From Lytechinus pictus (taxonomy: Eukaryota): a stretch of DNA of 64,000 nucleotides. Numbering within the stretch: the stretch's first letter is position 1; each line of letters opens with the position of its first letter. Location of the stretch: contig NC_087245.1 in the NCBI RefSeq assembly GCF_037042905.1, forward strand, positions 3,164,001 through 3,228,000, read 5' to 3'. The position numbers and the translations under genes are program-made. A model generated the notes under the pieces. The model saw nothing but the letters and a program-made list of their open reading frames with translations. It was not told the DNA's origin and did not search any database. Positions 52,601-64,000 of this stretch are shown here, piece after piece.

Positions 52601-53838
52601 TCCCTACCGTACACGCGCGCCTATGGGGATTGTGAACTGTAGGAAAAATCGTATAAAATTACACTTTTTGATATTTCTACGAAGACGAAGTTATATAGAA
52701 AATGAAGAATATTACAATCAGACCATATCCCTAGAAAATTGCTTCAAGAAATGTCATTATGAAGAGGAAATGGACAAAAATTTGTGAAGAAAAATCACGA
52801 AAAAGGAAATCGCATCATGAATATTCATATCATGGGCGGTCCCACATTTGCATGTTATAGCGAGTTTTCCATTATTTAATAAATAATGGCATTATTTAAT
52901 AAATAATGGCATTATTTAATAAATAATGGCATTATTTAATAAATAATGGTTATTTGTATATAAATAATGATTATTTGTATATAATGGCAAACTGTAAAAA
53001 TTGTTTATAAATAATGATTAATGGGATATTGAAACAAAATTATTATTTATAAATAATGAAGTAGATATTTCATTATTTAACAAATAATCTTTATTTATAA
53101 ATAATGGAAAACTCGAACATTAAATAATGATTATTTATAAATAATGAGAATAATGGTGCACTCGAAAAAATTATTTATAAATAATGAAGTAGACGTTTTC
53201 ATTATTTAACAAATAATCATTATTTATAAATAATGGAAAACTCAACAAATTATTTATAAATAATGAAAAACAAATAATCATTATTTATAAATAATGAAAA
53301 ACAAATAATCATTATTTGTAAATAATGAAAAACAAATAATCATTATTTATAAATAATGAAAAACCAATTATCATTATTTATAAATAATGAAAAACAAATA
53401 ATCATTATTTATAAATAATGAAAAACAAATAATCATTATTTGTAAATAATGAAAAACAAATAATCATTATTTATAAATAATGAAAAACAAATAATCATTA
53501 TTTATAAATAATGAAAAACAAATAATCATTATTTGTAAATAATGAAAAACAAATAATCATTATTTATAAATAATGAAAAACAAATAATCATTATTTATAA
53601 ATAATGAAAAACAAATAATCATTATTTATAAATAATGGAATGTCGAACTATTATTATTTACAAATAATGAAGTATTACTTGGAATTATATATAAATAATT
53701 AGAAATGATATTTTATATAATAGTAGTTATTTACAAATAAAATGTAAATTATATATAAATAATAGTTATTATTTAATAAATAATGATTATATAACAAATA
53801 ATTGTTCTATATAATATTGGTACATTCGGCGCCTCATA
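49602..53838. mobile_element. 4.24-kb fold-back non-autonomous DNA transposon with IS3EU-like ends
   Basis: Termini TATGAGGCGCC...GGCGCCTCATA, 6-bp TSD ATTATG at 49596-49601 and 53839-53844. Arms 49602-~51573 and ~51898-53838 are near-identical inverted copies. Confidence 0.92.
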
Positions 53839-53999
53839 ATTATGGGCAAAGATTCGCTCTTTCATATTCTTTAATCTCTATACAACATAGTGACGATAAT
53901 AAAGAGGATGATACTGTTACGACTATTACTAGAAATTGCCCACTACTAATTTACGACGACGGCTATGATGATGACGATCATCATCATTGCCATCATTAT

Positions 54000-54064
54000 C
54001 ATTACTACTACTACTAACACAACTACGAATTCTACTATTACTATTACTACTACTTCTACTACTG

Positions 54065-54121
<57 letters not shown>

Positions 54122-54124
54122 TTA

Positions 54125-54165
<41 letters not shown>

Positions 54166-54170
54166 TACTG

Positions 54171-54213
<43 letters not shown>

Positions 54214-54231
54214 TACTACTACTACTACTAT

Positions 54232-54292
<61 letters not shown>

Positions 54293-54667
54293 GGAGCGTC
54301 TTAGCCCAGTGGATTATTCTCCGGACTTTGAAACAGAGGGTCGTGGGTTCAAATCCCAGCCATGGCGTAGTTTCCTTCAGCAAGGAATTAATCCCCGGTG
54401 TGCTGCACTCGACACTGCACAGGTGAGGTAAATGGGTACCGGCAGGAAATAATTCCTCAAAAAGCTGTGTGCACCTGAATCGGTAGCCCAGCTTAGGGTA
54501 ATAATAATAGTAGGGCCCGCTGGGAGAACAGTTTTAGGAACTGAAGTGGCCAGCCTGGGTAAATATACCGTTATTATTATTATCATTATTATGATGATTA
54601 TTATTACTACTACTACTACTACTACTACTACTACCCTTACTTCAACTACTATAATACTACTACTTCA

Positions 54668-54701
<34 letters not shown>

Positions 54702-54712
54702 TATACTGCTGC
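54000..54712. repeat. (TAC)n/(ATT)n microsatellite interrupted by a SINE
   Basis: Long TAC runs at 54004-54292 and ~54604-54700. Confidence 0.97.
54293..54585 (+). mobile_element. Full-length tRNA-derived SINE (SINE2)
   Basis: A box TAGCCCAGTGG, B box GGTTCAAATCC, anticodon-loop-like CTTTGAA (Gln-TTG-like), central body TTTCCTTCAGCAAGG...GTAAATGGGTACC, (ATT)n tail. Confidence 0.9.
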
Positions 54713-54834
54713 TGCTGCTGTTGCTGATGCTAATTGTATAGTGCGTATAAAAAATGCAGTTTGAAATATTCATATATTATGTAATTTCTTGAAGCATTTT
54801 ACTCATTTATACAATGGTCTCTTGATGACGATAT

Positions 54835-54905
54835 AATAATAATAATAATAATGGTGGCTACTTATATAGCGCACAGGTCCACCTTTCGGTGCTCATGGCG
54901 CTTCA
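54835..54905 (-). mobile_element. 3' tail fragment of an L2-type LINE/SINE; similar fragment at ~24315-24367
   Basis: Both show TTATATAGCGCAC..TCCACCTT..GGTGCT..GCGCT next to a simple-repeat tail. Family assignment is from recollection. Confidence 0.55.
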
Positions 54906-55726
54906 AGGAAAATAAACACAAAACACAACAACTATAGAAAACAAACAAGAATGGAATTTGAATGACTATCGACTATCGATATGACTATCGACAAATCATT
55001 ACGCAATTATAAAGAGTTCTAAAACAACAACGAATCTAGATAGGCCTTGTGCTTCTATCCAGTATATTACTTATTTAAACGCATACTTTTGCTTTAAAGA
55101 TAAATGAGCCAAATCATAGATAATAATTACCAAAAAAAAAAAATCGATATTCAATTATTTAATGAATGGTGCTCCAACAGAGAAGCCATTTCTTGAATCA
55201 CCTGGCTGTTTCCAGCTTATCTTGGATTAATCTATTATTGCCGATAATTGACCAAACAAAAAAAACTTTTTGTAAGCCAGTGGTTGCATTTATGTTTTAA
55301 ACGTTCGTAAATGGAAACACATTTTATTTGTATATAATGAAATATATTAATTATTTATTTTGCCATACGATGCTGTTAACTTATGCTGTTATTTATTTTC
55401 ACACGCATTTCAGTAACATCAACACAAATAATCATTTTTGCAAATAGTTCATGAGTGCACGGTTATGCTATTGTGTCATATACATGTACATTAAAATTTA
55501 TTGTATATAGATGCTAATTTAAAAGTGAAAGACGATTACTGCTCAAAGTATGGAAATTAGTAAACTGAATTCAAACTGTATTAGGATACATATTCCTTAA
55601 ATCTTATAATTCAAGGGATTTGTTAGTATGTTAAATCTATAGCCGTGTTTCATGTTATCATGATTATACCTTCTTGATGTTATTATGCTTGGACCGGAAA
55701 TAATAAACCAAGTTTAAACAACCCCC

Positions 55727-55782
<56 letters not shown>

Positions 55783-58504
55783 CATATATATATATATATA
55801 TATGTCGATCGTGGAGCTAAAAGTAGTAGGCCTATGTCATTTGGTTAATGAGAAAGCTTTGTAAAGGTGCATTTTAAAATGTCAAATGCTTAAACAATGA
55901 CATCAAAACACTTTCCTAAGACATAAAAGACCTTTTACAAATCTCATACATTACTATTACATACTTATACATTGCTTTATCTGTATCACCATGCTCACAC
56001 CATTAACCCGTTGAGTACTGAATTCTGTCATTCCATGCAGTATATTAAACAGGGATCAGCTACTCCCAGAAGGCAATAGGTTAAGTCACATTGTTTGATT
56101 TGGTTCAGTTTATTGTCTGTACGATGATTAGCTTAATGATACTGAAGCTTATTCAGCATTCAAACTTAATTATTTTAACTTGTTAACATTTTGTTGTTGG
56201 TTGATAATTATTACAATTGACATTAAACGAGTTCTTTGAAATATATTAGCATTATTAATTATATGCAGACATATAATGGTGGAAATTGACGTTATGAGAT
56301 CAAAAAAACCTTGTGATTATCAGAAACATTCTTCATATGTTATATTACTTTACCTCAAATTATTGAGTGTATATTTCTGTGTACCTATGTTATGATATCA
56401 GGGTGATGTATTCCATATTGCATTAATTTGTGAGAGATAAATAAAAGCTATCCTTGGATATCTATTCAATGCCAACGACTGTCATCTTCTTTTATCAAAA
56501 TATTGTTAAATGAATTAATAAAATGACTGACAAAATAACACGTAATGGTTACGCATGCCTGAAATCAATATAAATTGTATAAACCTTAGTAAAATTAAGG
56601 AAGCAAAACGCAGAAATTTAATTGAAATGTGAAAGAAAAGCACAGTTGTTGCATTCTTCAAAATTTGCATTATTTAGGGGGAACTGTAAGCATATACATT
56701 AGCCATTCATTTAGTCATTGCCCACTTGAGCCTCTCAATGCAGTCCATATATCTATAATATAATTTCTTAAATACTATTTCATAAGCTCGTTCACTGCAC
56801 AATATCCATACAAATGCCTCATCTAAATAATATAGAACTTAAATATCCCAACTGTATCATAAATTTCTTCTGATTTCGTAAATTTGTCCATATTGCTTGT
56901 TTAATTGTACTACAATTTTGTTAAAATCACAGTAATTTTTGACCAGAGAACTACTTTGAATAGAATATGAAAATTTCGCCTGAATTCATTGACTACTAAA
57001 TAACATGGTCACTATTTCTGTTCAAAAGATTAATTTTGAATATATTATTTTTCCTGTTCCAGATGGGTAATATCGCAAGACAAGATATCCATCAGTCTAC
57101 CTATTAATTAAGCACTTTGCTGTCAAAAATCCGTTTTATACAAACTAAACAAAATTTCCGATTCCGATTTAACCCGAAAATCAGACCTTTGACATTTCAG
57201 TCCGTTCAAGATCAATATATTTTTTTAGAGAATTTTGGCATGTGAATAAGAAATCACTCCTGTGGCCTGGCAATTTCTAGCGTTACAATAGGCTAGATAT
57301 AATTCATTTTAGATCAATTACAATTTCACCCAGATTGGTAGTTACATGTGTATGAAAATCTAATCGAAATCAGTGGTAAGTTAATGATGTTGATTTTTTT
57401 CATAGTATACATCAATTTTTCTCCCATGGTATCCAAACTGCATGGCACTTTTAAATCTGTGGTCAATTTTTTCCCACGGATGTAGATTCCGGCTTTATCG
57501 TTATTGAATAAACAAGATCATGAAAGACGAAAGAAAATACAGAATTGACATTTAAGATGTGCTTTGAATAAACGTGAATGTGGATATCCTAACTCTGGAA
57601 TTGCAGAAAGGGAAGTCCCTGCACAAATGCATTATGTATCAGTGCTCATCATCCTTAAAATGGAATCTGTTTCCATGGTAATGCTTACTGACTGAAACAC
57701 CAGAGTCCAATAAGGTACCTACTAATATACCCCCAGAGGCCAATGAATATCTGTATATGGAACCTAAACAGGGGGAAGGAGAATAAAAGTAGGTTGGAGA
57801 GCTGACTATAAGTTTTCAAAGATTCAGTTAATGAAAGGTGAGAAATTAAAAGAATAGTGAGATTTATGAAATGATTGATTTGCGTCAATGGTGGTGACGA
57901 TGATGATAAGGATAAAGATGATGCTGATGAAGATAACAATGGTTATGGTGATGATGCTGATTATAACTTCAGTGATGATGATGGTGATGATGATAACAAT
58001 GGTTAAGTTGATGATGATGATAATGATGATGTTCATGATTATGTTGATGATTGGATAAGACATCCAAGTTATCTTTTTTTTTATAATAAACTAAAGAAGG
58101 TGCTTTTATCATTTTTTAATGCATCTGGATATATATTAACAAAATATTAACACAATCTTTAATTTTGGCAGAATTGATTGCTGATTCTATTACGGAAGCG
58201 TTAAAAGACCCCACTTCCCCTGGCAAAAAGCAATATCTACGAAACAATTATATGTAATTGTCCTGAAATCGTTTATTATAGCAGAAGATAAAGGAGACAT
58301 GTGTTAGATGACTGCAATCTATTTGGGAATTATGATTGATTTATTGATTTACACAGATAGCAATATATGACTGTAAATACCATTCCACTGCTTATGTATG
58401 AAATTTGACGCCATGGATCCGGCTTGTTATGGTAAAGCAGGATAATAATAACACCATGACCTATTTACTACCAGTGTGTATGATGGTGCGAATAATTCGA
58501 TTAA

Positions 58505-59069
58505 AGGAAAATGAAACCTTTGGAACAAGATAGCTTGTGTGAAAACAGAAAAATCAAAGAAACAGATCAACAAGTTTGAGTAGAATTGAATGAACAATAT
58601 GTTATGAGCATTTGAAGTTTAGATCATTATTGTAATGTAGATCCTCCTATTGGCAATGCGACAAAGATGTGTGATATCACATGTGAACAACTTTCCCACT
58701 GCTTTTGTATATATTTCACTTAAAATGCCTCTTTTATCAGATCATTAATTCTTTCTATAGGAGGGCTTGTAATACAGATTTTCAAAGAATATATTATGGA
58801 TGAAGAGAGTGTATCACCATAAGAACGAGCAAAAGATACATTTTGGGGGTATTTTTATAGTCCATCAAAGGTAAAGTTGTTCACCTGTGACATCACACAT
58901 ATCTGTCGCATTGCCAATGAGAGGATCTCCATAGCATTAGTGATCGCAATATTCAAATGCTCATAACTTTCTTATTATTTGTCCGATTTTTCTCAGACTT
59001 TCTTTTATCTTAATCTTTGATTTGTCTCTTTCCACACAAGCCAAATTATTTCAAGGGTTTCATTCCCAT
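58505..59069. mobile_element. Complete Kolobok-like TTAA MITE
   Basis: TTAA at 58501-58504 and 59070-59073, long imperfect TIRs, same family as 12544-13105 in the opposite orientation. Confidence 0.88.
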
Positions 59070-61479
59070 TTAAAGATTTGAGAACATTATTAAGAGTGAA
59101 ATATAAATTTTCCTGCTTTCATTCTTCTGTTAAATGTACAAATAAAAGCGAAATTACCTTGACCCGGCCAATTTGCGTCTTATTTCGTCCATGGATCTAC
59201 TACAACGGCTTCGGCTACGCACAATATTTCTTGGGTCTTGACCACTACTGGTAAAAATGAGAATGAGCAAGTATATAGTTTAATTTTTCCTTTGCTTTTT
59301 TATTCACATTTCTCAGGCACATTGCACCCTAGTTTGTTTATGTGTAGCAGTGAAGACACAGTGATGCTACATCGTAGGCAGCCAGGCACTCCACAACATC
59401 ATATTCTGCACAAGTGGTGTAGATATGGGTCTTCATATCTGACAAATCGGCAAACTTCAAGTTATATATGTGTGTGGAGTGATGTGTCCGTGAAGGTGGG
59501 ATGAGGTTGTGTATGTACGGTATATATTTACATATATAATAACGTATAAATGAATATGAAATAGGCCTATATGGGTGTGTGTAAAGACATAATAGATAAA
59601 ACACTTTTAGAATTTCATAACAGGGCATACATGGCAAATTTTGACCTTTTCAAATCTCAATTTGTGATAGATTTTGACACTCAGAAAATGATATCATGTT
59701 TCACGTACTATTTCTTGCTTTCCTTTATTATCTAGTACTTGGTTGCGGAAATTTGTATTTACAAGGGAATATTAAGACTCAAAATTAATAACTCCGTAAA
59801 AGAATAAAGAATTATGTAAATTTATATGCCCTTTTTCCGCTTCCAAAATTATATATACAAGACAAATTTTCAAACCCATCATGAAATAATAAAAGGAACC
59901 CATCCTGTTTTTTAAGAGATAGAGAGAGAGACAGAGAGATGTTGAAGTGTGACAATGTGGCGAAATTTCAGTGTATAAAGGTCATAAAAATGAAAAAGAA
60001 ATCCTCTTCCAGAAAAGGGGGAAAAAGAGAGCAGAATAGAGTAATGCAATTTGAAGCTTGATAAAACCTTGTTAACTGTGTGGCATTGCCATACTGCTTT
60101 CCAATTCAATTTGTAGGCCCACGTAATGTCAATGCTTACGAACGACTGGTAGTTTTGCCCGTCGTTACCATGGATACGGCAACGTAAACAAATAGTTCAA
60201 ATTGAAATCCGAGTCCCTTGTCTAGCAGTGTACTGATATATTCGTGTTGTCAAAGGATAATGTTTAATCGTGATTATAAACACTTTTGACATATTTGATT
60301 AAGGTTTTATCATATTTTTGGATAAAAATTATATCCGTATATTTTATTTAATTTTCGGTTTGAGAACTAATTTCGTAGCCAATTGTGACGCATTATATCC
60401 ATATAATCAGTGGCATACCTGGCATATTTCGTCAGGGGGGGGGGGCAAGCGACAAGGATGAGCAAGGTCAGAAGGTGGGGGGGGGGGGGTAGTAGGCATG
60501 GACGTAGAGGCATACTTTTTCGAGGGGAGGTTATAATCATTGCCCAAATATCAACTTCAGTTTTTTATTTTCGAGCGAGCGAACATTTTTTCAATTATTA
60601 TTTAGCCTTCTTACATGATATGAAACTTGCAGAAATTATACATTCGGTCACAAAATTACCAATACACGAGGATATTTGGGCACCTCGCAGTCCTCGTTCC
60701 CTGCATTTTGCAGCCCACCCCCCTCCCATACACGTTTGGATGTGTAGGTCTTGAAGTGGCACTGGAGGTGGGAAAGGTTACTCATGGGTGCCCAATAAAA
60801 ACAGTTGGGATCTTGCTACTACTGATATTTGCTATCGGGCGATTGTACTTTATTGTCGAAATTAATTCTTTTTTTGTATATCATTCCAGAAATGAAATGT
60901 ATTGGATCGTGATCGATATATTTCTAATCAAGTGGTAATTGCAATGTTTATATTGAAATACGTCTTTTGTTCTTCTTTGAAGGTGTTGTATTCTTGTATT
61001 GATTCGAATTTGTTTTATTTCCATGTACACAATTAAAACAAAAAATAAATGCATCCATTCACTCATAAAAAATAAATATGAACGTGAAAATATATGCGAC
61101 AGTAACATGATATATCACTAGACATGGGGAAAATCACTCACTCACTGACAGGAATGTTAGAAGGTTGAGGGAATTGAAATTGGAAAAGATAGATTAGCGG
61201 ACGAAAGGATCGGGTACATAGGGTAGAAAGGGGGATGGTAATAACCAGAGGAATGTGTCAGCAGGGGTAATGCTACTTTGCTAGGCCTTTAGCGACAGAT
61301 TTCAGTACCGATTACTGACGTCCGACGACCAATACTCATCTATATCCAACCCAGGGGCAGATCCAGGATTTTCAAGGGGACAGTTTGTTTACAAAAAAAT
61401 GACAAGCTCCACCCCCAAAAAGTCTTCACTTTCACTTGCAAGTGCCTAACAATTTACACTAAGATTATATACAAATAAT

Positions 61480-62412
61480 AATTGCGAGCTGAAATTTTCT
61501 TAAAAAATTAGACCTAAAACGATACATTTTGTGCACTTAGCTATGAATAGGATGGGTATCTTCCTTAATAAATTATGCGAGCGCGAAGCGCGAGCTAAAA
61601 ATTTGATATTCCTAACTGGATATTAGACATTCTAAGCAGTTTTACAAGATGGGTATCTAAACAGTCGTACGGGCGCAAAGTGCGAGCTAAAACTTTTGAG
61701 ATTCCGACTTAAGAACTGGATATTCTAATCACTTTTAGTAACCATGAACAAATTGGTTTCTAACTGAATAATTAATTGATGCGATCGCGAAGAGCGAGCT
61801 GAAAATTTGCGATATTCCCCCCTGAAAAGTGGACATTCTAAGCATCTTTTTAAAAAACTATGAACAAGATGGTAGTTAAAAACAATTAATATGATATTAA
61901 TGAGCGCAAAGTGCGAGCTGAAAACCTTTTATATTTCGGCCTGAAAAGTTTACATTCTAAGCACTTCATTTAATTATGAACAGATGGAATTTTATGCAAG
62001 TGCGAAGCTCGAGCTGAAATTTTTGATATTCCGACCTATTCTAACTTGATATTCTACGCAATTTTTGTAACCGTGAACAAATTGGTTTCTAATGATATAT
62101 TTTTGATTTTTTATATTCCGACCTGAAAACCGGACATTCTATGCACTTCATTTACTATGAACAGGATGGATATACCTAAATAGTTATATGTGAGCACAAA
62201 GCGCGAGCTGAAAATTTTTATTTTCCGTCCTAAGAACTGGATATTATAAGCACTTTTTGTAACCATGAACAAATTGGTTTCTAACTAATCAATTGACGCG
62301 AGGGCGAAGTGCGCGAGCTGAAAACTTTTGATATTTCAACCTGAAAACTAGACATTATTTTAGGTACCCAACTGAAAAATTGATGCGAGTGAGTAGCGCG
62401 AGCGAAATTTTT
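61480..62412. repeat. Diverged ~95-120-bp tandem repeat, probably inside an hAT-like element starting CAGGGGCAGATCC at ~61352
   Basis: About 9-10 recurrences of GCGAGCGCGAAGCGCGAGCTGAAAATTTT...ATATTCCGACCTGAAAACTGGACATTCTAAGCAC. Confidence 0.88.
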
Positions 62413-63117
62413 ATTGTTATAATTATACTACCTAAAAGTTGTTCTCTACCTTTTTCCTGTCCCTGTTTAGCCCAGTCCATCCTTACTATTGGTACAGAGA
62501 GCTCTTAAAGTCGCATTGCGTAAAATCGCAATTTTCCGATAAAAGTGTACAGTTTAATAGACATTTACCGACAATGGCGGAACTAAAAAAACAAATCAGC
62601 TGGAACAGCCCCGTGTGCCCGACGGTTTATCATTTTTTTCGACAGTCTGCAGTCCAGGTTTTGTTTTCCCCTTTCTCTTAAACTCTTTCTTCTTTTTCCC
62701 CTTCCCCCTTTTTTCTCTCTTTCCTTTTTCCTCTTTTCTTTTTTCTTTCCCTTTTTTCGCTTCGCCTTTTTTCGCTTGTGACTCGTCAGGGGAGGGGCAG
62801 TCTGCCCCCTGCCCCCCGTAGGTACGCTAGTGCATATAATTCTGATTACGGAGAAGTTGTTCACCTTTTGCATGAATTGGGGTCTACCATCGTGAACTCG
62901 CACGTCGATGATTTTTTTAACTTTGACAAAAAATGCCCTTAGCCAATCAGGTACCCGGTACAATAATTTTTTAGCTTATCACAATGTGAAAGTAAAGTGA
63001 CAAATAAAAATACCAGAAGTTAACACACGTAAATCAGCTATCAGAGTTAGCCATAACATGTTTGCAAATAAATGGATGGAATAACAATGATTTGTGATGA
63101 AATGGAAAAAGCATCAG

Positions 63118-63180
<63 letters not shown>

Positions 63181-64000
63181 TAAAAGTTATATAGCACTAC
63201 TGAGAAATCAATCAGTAGGCCTATTACTATCATAACCTCTTTCACTGAACTATAGACTGCTTACCGAGAAATATTTTAAAAAATCTTTAAAAAAATCGCA
63301 TTCGAAACATAATTATGATTATTTTCAACCCCTCTTAAAAGCCCTTGAGACTAGTTACCAAATACTTTAACTGGTCATCATCATCAAAATTTCATATCGA
63401 TATCAGCACATGATTTATCAGAACTCGCCAAGCATGCAGAATAACGGCGGTCTGTCTACATAATAGATGAATATCAGAGCAAAGTGGTCATTGAAGCGAG
63501 ATCTACTGGACTACTCTCATACATCACAGCAATTCCAGTTGTGTGATTGGAAAATATCTGATATAAATCACTGCTTATACTCTCGTGACATGCGGTTGAT
63601 TTTACTGCAAAAGCAGCGAAAAAGAAAGACGAAATCATATTACTCCAAAAGTTTTCATATACTCTGCGCACGCCTGCTCCTGCAAAATAAGGAAGACATT
63701 TTCCTTGAGTAATTCCTTAACTAATTGTGTACCTAGGGCACTTCATGATTTATTTACCGATTTTGGTTATTAATATCATCTTCATCCATTGCCAATATAA
63801 AGGTTTTCGTCCTTGTTTTGTTTCTGTTTGATTATAAGTAATCAATTAGTTCAATAATAATTTGTGAGGTGTATCCTACAGCCATGTGAAAATCAGAGAA
63901 TAGCCTCACCGCAGTCGATATTGTACATGGATATTGTACACGAACATTGTATTACACACACACACACACACACAGAAAAGTTGCTACGGGTCAAGTAATC

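Noticed and set aside
54293..54365. tRNA-Gln gene
   Set aside because: Stems pair poorly, there is no poly-T terminator and the sequence continues into a SINE body and tail.
53802..54764. Poly-Thr/Tyr/Leu ORFs resembling a mucin stalk
   Set aside because: They are a TAC microsatellite plus SINE, with no splice sites linking them to the LDLa gene.
56003..56084. piggyBac-like mini element (TTAACCC...GGTTAA); similar ends at 5073 and 7049
   Set aside because: Inverted match beyond TTAACC is too weak to support.

Overview
AT-rich, intron- and repeat-rich animal genomic DNA. The repeat types are consistent with an echinoderm or sea-urchin-like genome (inference, no search run). One convincing protein-coding gene lies on the + strand, spread over about 44 kb (3832-47914). 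It has 8 exons joined by phase-1 introns and encodes a predicted 406-aa secreted protein: signal peptide, an unknown ~80-aa region, 2 LDLa, a Ca-binding EGF, then 4 LDLa, with no transmembrane segment. The ORF track misses exons 2, 6 and 8 in their correct frame. The introns and flanks hold many non-autonomous DNA transposons (Harbinger-, Kolobok-, Tc1/mariner-, hAT-, Academ- and IS3EU-like, judged from termini and TSDs), a tRNA-derived SINE, minisatellites with higher-order structure and local tandem duplications. The most striking structure is a 4.24-kb fold-back element (49602-53838) with ~1.95-kb nearly identical arms and a 6-bp TSD. Other oddities are a 34-bp perfect palindrome with an 8-bp TSD, a family of hairpins that share structure but not sequence, and a stop codon overlapping a splice donor. 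No intact transposase, CRISPR array, rRNA or genuine tRNA was found. I cannot establish a new biological system from sequence alone.
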